Assembly: GCA_040219255.1 (NCBI GenBank)
Contig: JAVJSW010000060.1
Span: 6,249-70,248 of the forward strand
Direction: 5' to 3'
DNA: 64,000 bases
Source of the DNA: Sumerlaeia bacterium
GTDB taxonomy: Bacteria > Sumerlaeota > Sumerlaeia > SLMS01 > JAHLLQ01
Every line of letters starts with the position of its first letter. Position 1 is the first letter of the stretch. Positions 19,680 through 29,477 of the stretch are shown piece by piece. The notes beneath the pieces are model-generated. The model saw nothing but the letters and a program-made list of their open reading frames with translations, made no database searches and had not been told where the DNA came from. The position numbers and the translations under genes were made by a program.

Positions 19680-19985
19680 TTGCGGGCGTACAAAGGAGAA
19701 GTGGAAGGCTATTCCGATCAGCGAATCCTCGCCGACTGCGATCATTTCGGTTTCGAACTCGCCTCGCCTCCGACCCCTTGGCTGCGGGCGATGGCCTCGC
19801 GAACCGTCCGCGAATGCCAAGATGCTCTCCGCGTGGAAGCCACCGCCCAAGGCTGCTCTCCCGAAGTCGTTGAGGAGGAGATCGGCTGGGAAGTGCTCGC
19901 CCAGAAGAACCCGAATCGCTCCGTCCTTACCCAGCCTCCCGATTGGGTTGAGAATGTTTGCGGGCGGTACTTCGGGTCCCGCTGA
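19680..19985 (+). CDS. Possible small protein (101 aa), TTG start; hypothetical
   Basis: GC3-rich codon pattern consistent with host coding; aaaggag motif overlapping the start; no recognisable domain. Confidence 0.3.
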   Translation: MRAYKGEVEGYSDQRILADCDHFGFELASPPTPWLRAMASRTVRECQDALRVEATAQGCSPEVVEEEIGWEVLAQKNPNRSVLTQPPDWVENVCGRYFGSR

Positions 19986-20383
19986 ACTCTGTCAGCCCCG
20001 CACCCGCCACCCCCGACCAAATTAGACCGTGATTTTCAAACGCCTTGGGTCTCGCTCGCCAGGTTACAAAAGTTTTCTTCGCTTTTTGGCGGAATAACGA
20101 GAAGCTGTCCCCGAAGCCGCGTGCCTCATTGCAAGCCCAAAGTGCCAAGATCGGACGGCTTTATCAAAATCTAACCCACGGTCCAGGCTTTCGTAAGACT
20201 CGAAAACAGAGCGTATTGCACCTGTCTCCGAACCGACCCGGGATAAAAACCCATCGGGCCCCCGCAAGCCACCAAGCAACTTTTTGTACTCTCCAAAGCG
20301 AAGAGCTGGATATTTTCGATTTTTTTCTCAATTGTTCACCATTGATTCCTTGCCAACATCCCCCACAAGGCGCCCACCCAACC

Positions 20384-22267
20384 ATGAGATTGAATCGGAC
20401 CATTACCCTCCTTCCCACCCTCTGTTTCGCGCTCGGAGCCCTGCCGGCTCTGGCGATCACCAGCGAATCGGAAAACAACGGCACCATTTCCCAGGCCGAT
20501 GGCCCGGTGAATTCCGGCGTCAACGTGACCGGCTCGATGGGAAGCGGTGACTCCTATGACACCTTCTATTTCGACACGACGTCGAACGGCACGATCAGTC
20601 TCACCCTGACCGAAGCACGCAACAACGCAGACTACGACCTGTTCCTCTACAACAGCTCGGGGAGCCTTCTGACGTCCGCCGAGACCGGCGCCAACCCGGA
20701 GACGCTGTCCTATTCCGGCGCCTCCGCCGGGCGCTACTATGTCGAACTCTATCGCTACAGCGGCAGCGGCAACTATACCCTCCGCGCCACCTTCCCCACC
20801 GGCGGAGCCAGCCCGACCCCGACCCCGACGCCCACGGCAACCCCCACGCCGACCCCGACCCCGACGCCTACGCCCACTCCGACTCCGACTCCGACTCCGA
20901 CGCCGGTGCCGGGCATCACGCCTTTAACCTCGGGCGTTCAGGTCAGCGGCACCGTCGCCCAGGGGGAATGGGACGATTACTCGATCCTCGTCGCCTCTGG
21001 CGCCACGCGGCTCGACATCGTTCAGGGCGGCAGCAGCGGCGACGCCGATCTTTATGTCCGCTTCGGCGCCCAGCCTTCCTCCACCGTCTACGACTATCGC
21101 CCCTACTTGAACGGCAACAACGAGTCGGTCACCGTCAACAACCCCTCGGCCGGCACGTGGTACATCAGCTCGCGGGGCTACTCGGCGGCCAGTTATACCC
21201 TCGTGGCGACAGTCACAGGCTCATCTCCAACCCCAACTCCAACCCCCACCCCCACCCCCACGCCGACGCCCACAGCGACCCCGACGCCGACCCCGACGCC
21301 GGGCGGATGCAACGAAGGCGCACGCCCGTCGAAACCCGGCGGCTTCACCAACTACCTGACGGGCAACGCAGCGGACGTCTGCGTGTCGCCGATGTCGGGT
21401 CCGGGCGTGATGCTGATGGGCGGCAATTTCGACATCGATGAAGCCTTCACCACCCACGTTTCGCCGATCCTGGCGGGCGGCGACGTGGTGGTTCTGCGCA
21501 CCGGCGCGAGCAACGGCTATCAGGATTACCTGTTCGGCCTGCTGGCTCCCGACTCGGTGGAAACGCTGGTGATCGACACGGTGACCAAGGCCAATTCGGC
21601 CTATGCCAGTTGGGTCATCCGCACCGCGGAATTCGTCTACATCGCCGGCGGCGATCAGGCCGAATACCTCAACGCCTGGAAGGGCACCGCCACGGAAGAC
21701 GCCATCCGCTACGTTTACGATAAGGGCGGAGTCGTGGGCGGCATTTCCGCCGGCTGCGCCATCATGGGCGAAGTCATCTACGACCCGGACGGCGTATCGG
21801 GCATCCTGGCCAGCGAGGCGCTGTCGAACCCGTGCCACCCGAACATGGTGCTCAGCAACGACTTCCTGAACTTCCCGCTGACGAACAACATCATCACCGA
21901 CACGCACTTTGCCCAGCGCGACCGCATGGGCCGCCTCGGCACCTTTATGGCCCGCATCGGCCAGTCCGGTTTCACACCCTTCTCGAACCCCATCGTGGGC
22001 GTCGGCGTGGACGAAGACACCTCGATGTTCATCAACAAGAACGGCGTCGGCTTCGTCCAGGGCGACGCGGCGGTGTACGTTCTGAGCGACACCGGCTCGA
22101 CCGTGCGCCAGCGCGTCCAGTGCGGCCAGAGCCTGCAATACCTCAACGTTCAGCGCATCAAACTGACGGTGGGCGACACCTACAACTTCACCAACGGATC
22201 GCACACCGGGGCCTCGGCGACGCTGAGCTTCAGCAACGGCGCCATCACGCCAAGCAACCCGTACTAA
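20384..22267 (+). CDS. Secreted peptidase S51-like (cyanophycinase/dipeptidase E fold) with two N-terminal PPC (pre-peptidase C-terminal) domains joined by Thr-Pro repeat linkers
   Basis: Signal peptide; 'GGDQAEYLNAWKG...GGISAGCAIMGE' S51-like; TP repeats; ATG at 20384. Confidence 0.65.
   Translation: MRLNRTITLLPTLCFALGALPALAITSESENNGTISQADGPVNSGVNVTGSMGSGDSYDTFYFDTTSNGTISLTLTEARNNADYDLFLYNSSGSLLTSAETGANPETLSYSGASAGRYYVELYRYSGSGNYTLRATFPTGGASPTPTPTPTATPTPTPTPTPTPTPTPTPTPTPVPGITPLTSGVQVSGTVAQGEWDDYSILVASGATRLDIVQGGSSGDADLYVRFGAQPSSTVYDYRPYLNGNNESVTVNNPSAGTWYISSRGYSAASYTLVATVTGSSPTPTPTPTPTPTPTPTATPTPTPTPGGCNEGARPSKPGGFTNYLTGNAADVCVSPMSGPGVMLMGGNFDIDEAFTTHVSPILAGGDVVVLRTGASNGYQDYLFGLLAPDSVETLVIDTVTKANSAYASWVIRTAEFVYIAGGDQAEYLNAWKGTATEDAIRYVYDKGGVVGGISAGCAIMGEVIYDPDGVSGILASEALSNPCHPNMVLSNDFLNFPLTNNIITDTHFAQRDRMGRLGTFMARIGQSGFTPFSNPIVGVGVDEDTSMFINKNGVGFVQGDAAVYVLSDTGSTVRQRVQCGQSLQYLNVQRIKLTVGDTYNFTNGSHTGASATLSFSNGAITPSNPY
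20809..20912 (+). repeat. Coding tandem repeat (Thr-Pro linker 1) inside the S51 gene
   Basis: Imperfect ccgac(g/c)cc(c/g)ac repeats encoding TPTPTP... Confidence 0.7.
21223..21305 (+). repeat. Coding tandem repeat (Thr-Pro linker 2) inside the S51 gene
   Basis: Same repeat class encoding SSPTPTPTPTPTP... Confidence 0.7.
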
Positions 22268-22298
22268 AGCGCCGCCTGGAAACCCCAAGGCACCTCTC

Positions 22299-22340
22299 GC
22301 CCCCGGCCCGCCCCAGCGCAGGCCGGGGGCGGATTGCTTA
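22299..22340 (+). terminator. Putative terminator hairpin after the S51 gene
   Basis: gcccccggcccg...cgggccgggggc hairpin; weak U-tract. Confidence 0.35.
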
Positions 22341-22696
22341 AAGGTAGCACGGGCGTCCCGCCCGTGACCCGCCAGCCGCCTGCCACGCCCTATTCTGTTA
22401 TCGCAAACGCACTGTTCGCAGAGGAAGCCGAGAGTCGGCTCTCGGAGAAAAAGCGCTGCTGGGCACGGGCGGGACGCGCCGTGCTACACAGAAATATTAA
22501 ACCATGGTATTACCGAGATAAGAAACACATCCTCCACCACATGGTTGCAACCACCCTCATCCGCGCCATCCGCGCGATCCGCGCGATCCGCAGCAAAAAA
22601 TCCCCCTCCCTCTTGCCAAGCCCCCGCCCCCTGTGCCAGCGTCCCCCGCTCGGCGCGCTTGCGCTTTACACCACAGGACTTACGCCACCGATCCTC

Positions 22697-24319
22697 ATGA
22701 CCACCCTCCAAGAAGAAATCGCCCGCCGGCGCACCTTTGCCATTATCAGCCACCCGGACGCGGGCAAGACGACCTTGACGGAAAAGTTCCTGCTCTATGG
22801 CGGGGCGATTCACCTGGCCGGTGAAGTCCGCGCCCGCCGCACGCGCCGCCACGCCACCAGCGATTGGATGAGCGTGGAAAAGGAACGCGGCATTTCCGTG
22901 ACGACGTCCGTGATGCAGTTTCCCTATGGCGGCCGGCTGTACAATCTGCTGGATACGCCGGGGCACCAGGACTTCAGCGAGGACACCTATCGCACCCTGG
23001 CCGCCGCCGACTGCGCGATCATGTTGATCGACGCGGCCAAAGGCGTCGAGGCCCAGACGCGCAAGCTCTTCGAGGTCTGCCGCCTGCGGGCGATGCCGAT
23101 TTTCACGTTCGTCAACAAGATGGACCGCGAAGGCCGCGAGCCTCTCGATCTGATGGACGAGGTCGAGAAGCTCCTGGGCATTCATTGCGTGGCACGCAAC
23201 TGGCCCATCGGCCAGGGCCCGACCTTCAAAGGCGTTTACGACCGCGACAAAGACATCGTCCACCGCTTTGAACGCGGCACCGACCACGGCTCCACCAAGG
23301 TGATGACCAACGTGACCGGCGGTGCGAAAGACAAGCTGGCGGAGCTGATCGGCGTGGACGGCTCGGCGCGGTTCCGCGACGAACTGGAATTGCTCGACAT
23401 GGCGGGCGAGCCCTTTACGCGCGAGGAATTCCTGACGGGCGAAGTGACGCCGGTGTTCTTTGGCAGCGCCCTGACCAACTTCGGCGTCGAGCCCTTCCTG
23501 GAAGCCTTTGGCGAGTTGGCCCCCACGCCCCGCAGCCGCACCACCAGCGAGGGCGAGGACCGCGAGCCGGAGAACGAAAAGTTCAGCGGCTTTATCTTCA
23601 AAATCCAAGCCAACATGGACAAAAACCACCGCGACCGCATGGCGTTCCTGCGCGTGGTCAGCGGCCATTTCGAACGCGGCATGAACGCCAAAATCGCCCG
23701 CAACGGCGATACCGTGCGGCTCAATAACGCCACGACGTTCTTCGCCCAGGAACGCACAGTGGTGGAAGAAGGCTATCCCGGCGACATCATCGGCCTCTAT
23801 GATCCGGGGATTTACGCCATCGCGGACACCCTGACGGAACCCGCCGAGCAGTTCGAGTTCGAGGGCATTCCGCGCTTCTGCCCGGAACTCTTCAGCCGCG
23901 TCCTCGCGCCGAACCCGATGAAGCGCAAGCGGCTCGACAAAGGCCTGCAGCAGCTCAGCGACGAAGGCACGATCCAGGTTTTCTACCCGGCCGACAACAT
24001 GACGTCGCCCGAGCCCGTGTTGGCGGCCGTCGGCAAACTGCAACTCGAAGTGGTTCAGCAGCGCATGCTGGAAGAATACGACGTCGAGATCAAGCTGGAG
24101 CCGCTGCCCTACACGGCGGCGCGGTGGCTCGACGCGGACCGCGACGAAGTGAACTGGCAGCAGTTCCGCCGCTCCGGCATCAGCGACGTCATCGCCGATC
24201 CGCGCGGGCGGTTGCTCGTCGTCTTCCGCGACGAGTGGACCCTGCAATACGCCATCCGCAACGCCACGGAAAACATCGTCTTCCGCACCACCGCGCCCGA
24301 GCCGAAGGCCATAAAGTAA
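22697..24319 (+). CDS. prfC: Peptide chain release factor 3 (RF3 GTPase)
   Basis: 'RRTFAIISHPDAGKTTLTEKFLL', 'DTPGHQDF', 'NKMDREG'; ATG at 22697; the upstream in-frame extension from 22334 is rejected. Confidence 0.85.
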   Translation: MTTLQEEIARRRTFAIISHPDAGKTTLTEKFLLYGGAIHLAGEVRARRTRRHATSDWMSVEKERGISVTTSVMQFPYGGRLYNLLDTPGHQDFSEDTYRTLAAADCAIMLIDAAKGVEAQTRKLFEVCRLRAMPIFTFVNKMDREGREPLDLMDEVEKLLGIHCVARNWPIGQGPTFKGVYDRDKDIVHRFERGTDHGSTKVMTNVTGGAKDKLAELIGVDGSARFRDELELLDMAGEPFTREEFLTGEVTPVFFGSALTNFGVEPFLEAFGELAPTPRSRTTSEGEDREPENEKFSGFIFKIQANMDKNHRDRMAFLRVVSGHFERGMNAKIARNGDTVRLNNATTFFAQERTVVEEGYPGDIIGLYDPGIYAIADTLTEPAEQFEFEGIPRFCPELFSRVLAPNPMKRKRLDKGLQQLSDEGTIQVFYPADNMTSPEPVLAAVGKLQLEVVQQRMLEEYDVEIKLEPLPYTAARWLDADRDEVNWQQFRRSGISDVIADPRGRLLVVFRDEWTLQYAIRNATENIVFRTTAPEPKAIK

Positions 24320-24486
24320 CATGGCCGTCCCGGCCCTGCCGGCACTCTGGACGCCCACCCGGCTTGGATAATCTAAGCCGCTCGCCCGTGGGCTGGCGGG
24401 TCTGGCCCGCACGGAAACGACTTCGCCGGAACGCCTCCGCCGGCGGGTGAGGACTGACGAATCGATTCGTTCAACGCAAGCACGCT

Positions 24487-24590
24487 CATGGTTCGGGGCT
24501 CCGGTGAGGATGGGGAGAGCCTAGGCGAAGGCATGGCGAAAAGTCAAGCCTCATTCGCAAAAAATTCGCCTTGCGCCGCCGGGGCCGGGG
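24487..24590 (+). repeat. Conserved intergenic motif, copy 1 (about 100 nt, candidate structured RNA)
   Basis: Shares the GGGCTCCGGTGAGGATG...CTAGGCGAAG...GGCGAAAAGTCAA...TTCGCC core with 59583-59680. Confidence 0.4.
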
Positions 24591-24634
24591 TGGGAAGAGT
24601 GGGTTCCTCCTAATCTTCGCGTGAGACCCCAGCC

Positions 24635-26191
24635 ATGCACTCTCGCCTGCCCACCTTCGCCGTTCTCGGGATCGATGCTTTGCCCATCGATGTGGAGGTC
24701 GATTGCCAGGACGCGAACAGTATGGACACGGCGGTGTGGACGATCGTGGGGCTGGGCGACGCGGCGGTGAAGGAAAGCCGCGAGCGGGTGAAGGCGGCTC
24801 TTAAGAACAGCGGGTTCAGCGTTTCACAGCGGCGCGTGACGGTGAATCTGGCGCCGGCGGATGTGCGGAAAATGGGGGCGCATTACGATTTGCCGATCGC
24901 GCTGGGGGTGTTGACGTCGACGGCGCGCATCCCGCCCGAGCGCGCGGCGCGCTACGCGGCGGTGGGCGAACTGGGGCTCGATGGCGGCATCAAAGCGGTG
25001 CCGGGGGCGTTGTCGATGGCGGTGGGTGCGGCGCGGGCGAGGCTGGATGGGCTGATCGTGCCGGAGGACAACGCGCAGGAGGCGGCCTTCGTGGCGGAGA
25101 CGGCGGTCATTCCGGTGCGGTCGCTGGTGGAGGCGGTGGGTTTTCTGCGGGGCGAGCTGGAGATCGCGCCGGCGCGGCCGGCCCCGGCGGCGGAGGGCAA
25201 CGGCGCCCGCGATCCCTGGAACGGGGTGGACATGCGGGATGTGCGGGGCCAGGAAAACGCCAAGCGGGCGCTGGAGATTTCGGCGGCCGGCGGGCACAAT
25301 CTGCTGCTGATCGGCGCGCCGGGCAGCGGCAAGACGATGCTGGCGAAGCGGCTGCCGACGATCCTGCCGGAAATGACGTTTGGCGAGAGCCTGGAGACGA
25401 CGAAGATTTTTTCCATCGCGGGCCAGCTCGACCGGCGCGAGGGCCTGATCCGCCGCCGGCCGTTTCGCTCGCCGCACCACACCGCGTCCTCGGCGGCGAT
25501 CATCGGCGGCACGGCGTCGCCGCGCCCGGGCGAGGTGAGCCTGGCGCACAACGGCGTGTTGTTTCTCGACGAGTTTCCCGAGTTCGACCGGCGGGTGCTC
25601 GAGGTGCTGCGGCAACCGCTCGAGGACGGCGTGGTGCAGATCAGCCGGGCGCAATTGTCACTGTCCTTTCCGGCGAACTTCATCCTCTTCGCGGCGATGA
25701 ATCCGTGCCCCTGCGGGTACTTCGGGGCGGAACGGGGCGAGCGGCGCTGCACCTGCAATCCGATGCAGATCACGCGCTACCGGGGCAAAATCAGCGGCCC
25801 GCTGCTCGACCGCATCGACCTGCACGTGGATGTGGCGCCGGTGGCCATCGAGGATCTGCACCGGCGTGCCGAGGGCGAGCCCAGCAAGACGGTGCGCGCC
25901 CGGGTGCAATCGGCCCGCGCGCGCCAGCAGGAGCGCTTTCGCGACCGCGAGAGCCTGCACTGCAACGCGCAAATGCTGCCCGCCGATATGCGGCGGTTCT
26001 GCGAGCTGGATGGGCCGAGCGAGGCGCTGCTGGAGCAGGCGATGAAAGCGCTCGACCTCTCGGCCCGGGCCTACGACCGCATCCTGAAAGTCGCCCGCAC
26101 CATCGCCGACCTGGACGGCCGCGACGCCATCGCCCCCGAACACATCAGCGAGGCGGTGGGGTACCGGACGTTGGACCGGGGGGTGGGGTGA
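24635..26191 (+). CDS. comM: YifB/ComM family Mg-chelatase-like AAA+ ATPase
   Basis: N-terminal Lon-like subdomain, 'LLLIGAPGSGKTMLAKRL' Walker A, and C-terminal 'ARAYDRILKVARTIADLDG'. Confidence 0.85.
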   Translation: MHSRLPTFAVLGIDALPIDVEVDCQDANSMDTAVWTIVGLGDAAVKESRERVKAALKNSGFSVSQRRVTVNLAPADVRKMGAHYDLPIALGVLTSTARIPPERAARYAAVGELGLDGGIKAVPGALSMAVGAARARLDGLIVPEDNAQEAAFVAETAVIPVRSLVEAVGFLRGELEIAPARPAPAAEGNGARDPWNGVDMRDVRGQENAKRALEISAAGGHNLLLIGAPGSGKTMLAKRLPTILPEMTFGESLETTKIFSIAGQLDRREGLIRRRPFRSPHHTASSAAIIGGTASPRPGEVSLAHNGVLFLDEFPEFDRRVLEVLRQPLEDGVVQISRAQLSLSFPANFILFAAMNPCPCGYFGAERGERRCTCNPMQITRYRGKISGPLLDRIDLHVDVAPVAIEDLHRRAEGEPSKTVRARVQSARARQQERFRDRESLHCNAQMLPADMRRFCELDGPSEALLEQAMKALDLSARAYDRILKVARTIADLDGRDAIAPEHISEAVGYRTLDRGVG

Positions 26192-26218
26192 TGGGCGGTT
26201 GGTCGGACTCTGGAGCGA

Positions 26219-26728
26219 TCACCCCCGGCCCATCCAGCCTTCCACTTCGGCGCGCCACAGTTCGGCGTCGAGGCGGATGGGCAGGAAGGCTTCGAAGAGG
26301 TCGTTGATAAGCATGGCGAGGTGCTGGATGGCCTGGACGCGGAGAGCCATGTATTCGTCGGCGTCGGCGACTTTGGGTACGGGGAGCTTCATGGACTTCA
26401 TGTCGAAGGTTTCGCCGTCGAGGGTGAAGTTCCAGACGGCGTCCTGGGCTTTCATTTCGACCTTGCCGCGGATGAGGCGTTTGCCTTGGCGGAGAGCGGC
26501 TTCGACTTCCGGGGCGGCGCTGGCTTCGTCGCCGGCGAGGGTGACTTTGGTGGCTTCGCCGGTGTCGCTGGCGAAGACCATGGGACCCATGAGGGCGAGG
26601 GTGAGGCCGGGTTCGCTGGCGGGGGGATCGAGAGTGCCCTGGGATGAGCGCACGCACAGATAGGTGAGGAAGTCGGGGCCGAGCGTGGCGTAACGCTCCA
26701 TCACTTCGAGGTTGGACATTTGAGCCAT
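26219..26728 (-). CDS. Hypothetical protein (169 aa)
   Basis: ATG at 26728; coding-like composition; no domain recognised. Confidence 0.45.
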   Translation of the reverse strand: MAQMSNLEVMERYATLGPDFLTYLCVRSSQGTLDPPASEPGLTLALMGPMVFASDTGEATKVTLAGDEASAAPEVEAALRQGKRLIRGKVEMKAQDAVWNFTLDGETFDMKSMKLPVPKVADADEYMALRVQAIQHLAMLINDLFEAFLPIRLDAELWRAEVEGWMGRG

Positions 26729-26780
26729 GGGGAGGGTTTTCGCCTTCTTGAACTGCGGTGGGTGTGACGCCGGGGGCCGG

Positions 26781-28415
26781 CTACTGTCTCGGGTAACCGG
26801 TGACGCCGGTGTTCTTGGGGGGAGTGGGGGCTTCCGGTTCTTGATAGACGGGGAAAAGGAATTGGAGGATGGCGGGAAAGCGGTCGGCCCAGGCGTTTTC
26901 GTTGTGTTTGGCGTGATAGGCGACGTGGTGCTGGAAGCCGGGGCCGATGGCGTAGCCGTTGGCGATCAGGGCGTCGCGGGCTTCGTAGGTTTCGTCCACG
27001 CCGTCGTCCTTGATGTCGGGCGCGGGGAATTGAAATTCGCTGACGGTGCCGCTGTCCATGTAGATTCGGATGTCGCGGGGTTCGTCGTATCGCAGACGGC
27101 GGAGCGTTTCGCCGTCGCCGCGCGAGCCACCGGCCTGGGTGATCCAGTAGGCGGGTGAGACGAAGGCGTGGTGCTTGGCGAAGTCCGGGTGCTCCCAGGC
27201 GAGATAGGTGGAGAAGAGGCCGCCCATGCTGCTGCCGCAGGTGGCGACGTGTTCGCGGCCTTCGAGGAGGCGGTAGTTCTCACGCATATAGGCCATGACG
27301 GTGTCCTGATAGAAGGCGGCCATTTTGTCGGCTTCGCCCTGGCCGATCACGAGGCTGGCGTAGGGAGGCAGGTAATCCTGGAGGCGGCTGGGGCCGCTGC
27401 GCACGCCGACGATGATGCATTCGCGGATAAGGCCGTTGCGCATCAGCCAGTCGGCGGTCTTGTCCGCCTGCCAAGAGGTGCCGGAAATGCCCTCGACGAA
27501 CCAGGTGAAGCTGTTCTCGCCATCGTGCATGAAGAGAACGGGATAGTGTTTGCCGGTGTTTTCTTGGTAGCCGCGGGGTGTGTAGATGTACAGGGGGCGT
27601 TGCAGACCGGGGCGGAAATCGGGGAAGTCGGCGACCTTCGCGACGTGCGACGGGGAAACACTGGCGGGGGGCTCGTAGTTGAAGATCTGGCCGTCCTGGA
27701 GCCAAAGGCTGGCCAGAGCGGTTTCATACCAGCTTTCGCCGGGGGGCGCGTCCATGTTGGCGCCGTCGTTGAGTTCGATGAAGAAGCGCCAGGTCTGACC
27801 GACGGGTGGAAGATCGCGGAGGTGGGCAGTCCAGAGGCGTTCGCCGTCGTGCCGTCCGGGGCCGGAATCGGTCATCTGGATTCGCATCACGACGGCCCCG
27901 CGGCTGTTGAGAATGGCGAGCGCGGGGGACTTGGCGCCACTGTGGTAGCGCAGAAACCCGTCGCGCTTGGCTGGCAGCGGACCCTCGACGGTCATGGCGC
28001 GGGGCCGTCCGTCGAGGAAGGTGGAGTTGCTGCCCTCATAGAGGGACTGCGGTCCTCCGTCGAGGCGCAGGTAACGGTAACTCAACTGCTGCCCGGGCTC
28101 GACCTCGAGTTCGACGAACCAGAGCGGATCGGAGGGCGTATAGCTGGTGGGGGAGAGTTTGAGGGCCTTGAGGAATTCGCCGCCGCCGAGTTCGGGGATG
28201 TTGCCCAGGACGTAGATATTCTGGCCGTAGTCGGTCAGGAAGCGGGCTTCGAGGCGGACGGGCTCGGTGGCCGGGCCGCGGGAATCGGTGGTGGACGTCT
28301 TCGGGGCCGGTGCCTCGGCGGCCGGCGTTTCAGCGGGCGCCAGGCTCGCCAGTGCCAGAAAAAAGAAAACGATCAGTGGGCTAAGGGGAAAGTGCTGCAT
28401 GGGTAAGTGCGTCAT
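26781..28415 (-). CDS. Secreted esterase (PF00756-type alpha/beta hydrolase) with N-terminal CBM20/CBM48-like starch-binding domain
   Basis: 'YPVLFMHDGEN' and 'GSSMGGLFS' nucleophile elbow; N-terminal 'YVLGNIPELGG...WFVELEV...YRYLRLDGG'; signal peptide after the ATG at 28415. Confidence 0.7.
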   Translation of the reverse strand: MTHLPMQHFPLSPLIVFFFLALASLAPAETPAAEAPAPKTSTTDSRGPATEPVRLEARFLTDYGQNIYVLGNIPELGGGEFLKALKLSPTSYTPSDPLWFVELEVEPGQQLSYRYLRLDGGPQSLYEGSNSTFLDGRPRAMTVEGPLPAKRDGFLRYHSGAKSPALAILNSRGAVVMRIQMTDSGPGRHDGERLWTAHLRDLPPVGQTWRFFIELNDGANMDAPPGESWYETALASLWLQDGQIFNYEPPASVSPSHVAKVADFPDFRPGLQRPLYIYTPRGYQENTGKHYPVLFMHDGENSFTWFVEGISGTSWQADKTADWLMRNGLIRECIIVGVRSGPSRLQDYLPPYASLVIGQGEADKMAAFYQDTVMAYMRENYRLLEGREHVATCGSSMGGLFSTYLAWEHPDFAKHHAFVSPAYWITQAGGSRGDGETLRRLRYDEPRDIRIYMDSGTVSEFQFPAPDIKDDGVDETYEARDALIANGYAIGPGFQHHVAYHAKHNENAWADRFPAILQFLFPVYQEPEAPTPPKNTGVTGYPRQ

Positions 28416-28445
28416 GGGCGACCTGCCGAGAGTGTGGAGTGCCAA

Positions 28446-29381
28446 TCACTGGGACGAAAAATCGCGCAGCCGTTCGGCCCGGGCGAGGCCTTCGATGACA
28501 GCGGGATCGACGTCCGGAGCCAATTGTTTCGCCAACCGGATTTCGCGGGCCATATCGAGATCTTCGTTGCTGGCCAGACTGTCCGTTCCCAAGTACACCG
28601 GAACGCCGGCACGAAGCAATCGGGACAATGGAAATTCTTCGCGGCCAAAATAAATGTGCGTTCCCGGGCACAGTACCACGCGGCACCGCGACCGCCTGAG
28701 CACCATGATGTCCATTTCGGAAAGGTCGTTGCAGTGGACCAGCAGGGTGCGCGCCCCGAGCAGCCCGAGCGTCGCCAGATAGCGCACCGGCGACAGCCCC
28801 GGTGGCCTCCACCCGGGAGGCAGCAGATTGCGGTCCGACAGGAATTCGTAAAGCGGCCCGGTGCCGAAGAGGAGCATTTCGGTTTCCTCGGCCGTTTCCG
28901 CGCAGTGGATGCAGATCCATTCGCGCAGCATGGAAGCGGTGGAGAGAGCGCCGAGCAGCAGGGGTTCGGTGGTGGTGTAGGGGGCGTGGGGCGAGAGGCC
29001 GAAGCGCAGACCGCGCGGCAATGGGCCGTGGGCGCGGCGCTTGACGAGCACGTCGCTGAGGTGATGATCCGCGCGGGCGGGATCGAACTGAATTAGTTCG
29101 CGGAAGATGATGCCGGGGATCGGGTCGGCGCGTCGGGCGGCTTCACTGGTGCCCATGCTCTCGATATCCAGCAGGGCCGTGGTGCCGGTTTCGCGGAGGC
29201 GTTTGAGGCCGAACGCCGCTGCGCGCTCGCTTTCGGCCGGCGGGCGTTTGCGTTTGGCGTCGACGATGCGGTCGAGCCATTCGACAAAGTCGAGCCCGGG
29301 GGGAATGGCTCCTCTCAGATGACCAAGCTCCAGGTGGCAATGGGCGTTGAGGTAACCGGTTGTGTCGTTTTCGATAGCCAT
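28446..29381 (-). CDS. Metal-dependent amidohydrolase (aminofutalosine/nucleoside deaminase-like)
   Basis: 'NAHCHLELGHL' metal-binding HxH motif; 'LVHCNDL'; ATG at 29381. Confidence 0.65.
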   Translation of the reverse strand: MAIENDTTGYLNAHCHLELGHLRGAIPPGLDFVEWLDRIVDAKRKRPPAESERAAAFGLKRLRETGTTALLDIESMGTSEAARRADPIPGIIFRELIQFDPARADHHLSDVLVKRRAHGPLPRGLRFGLSPHAPYTTTEPLLLGALSTASMLREWICIHCAETAEETEMLLFGTGPLYEFLSDRNLLPPGWRPPGLSPVRYLATLGLLGARTLLVHCNDLSEMDIMVLRRSRCRVVLCPGTHIYFGREEFPLSRLLRAGVPVYLGTDSLASNEDLDMAREIRLAKQLAPDVDPAVIEGLARAERLRDFSSQ

Positions 29382-29477
29382 TGGCGCTTGCTTTTGTCAT
29401 AGGGTGGTGACGACAGTGAGTTGCAGCAACGAGTTCCGCTTGCCCCGAACTGACACCATGCCTGAACAGAAGCCGTT

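Noticed and set aside
20809-21305. Short tandem DNA repeats considered as a possible CRISPR or minisatellite
   Set aside because: They are in frame within a CDS and encode Thr-Pro linkers; there are no spacers or cas genes.
22334-22696. N-terminal extension of the prfC ORF (start at 22334)
   Set aside because: The extension covers the structured inverted-repeat leader and the 9-mer tandem repeat; RF3 homology begins at MTTLQEEIARRRTF (ATG 22697).
22484-24412. 642-aa ORF antisense to prfC
   Set aside because: RF3 GTPase motifs are on the plus strand; this is a shadow ORF.
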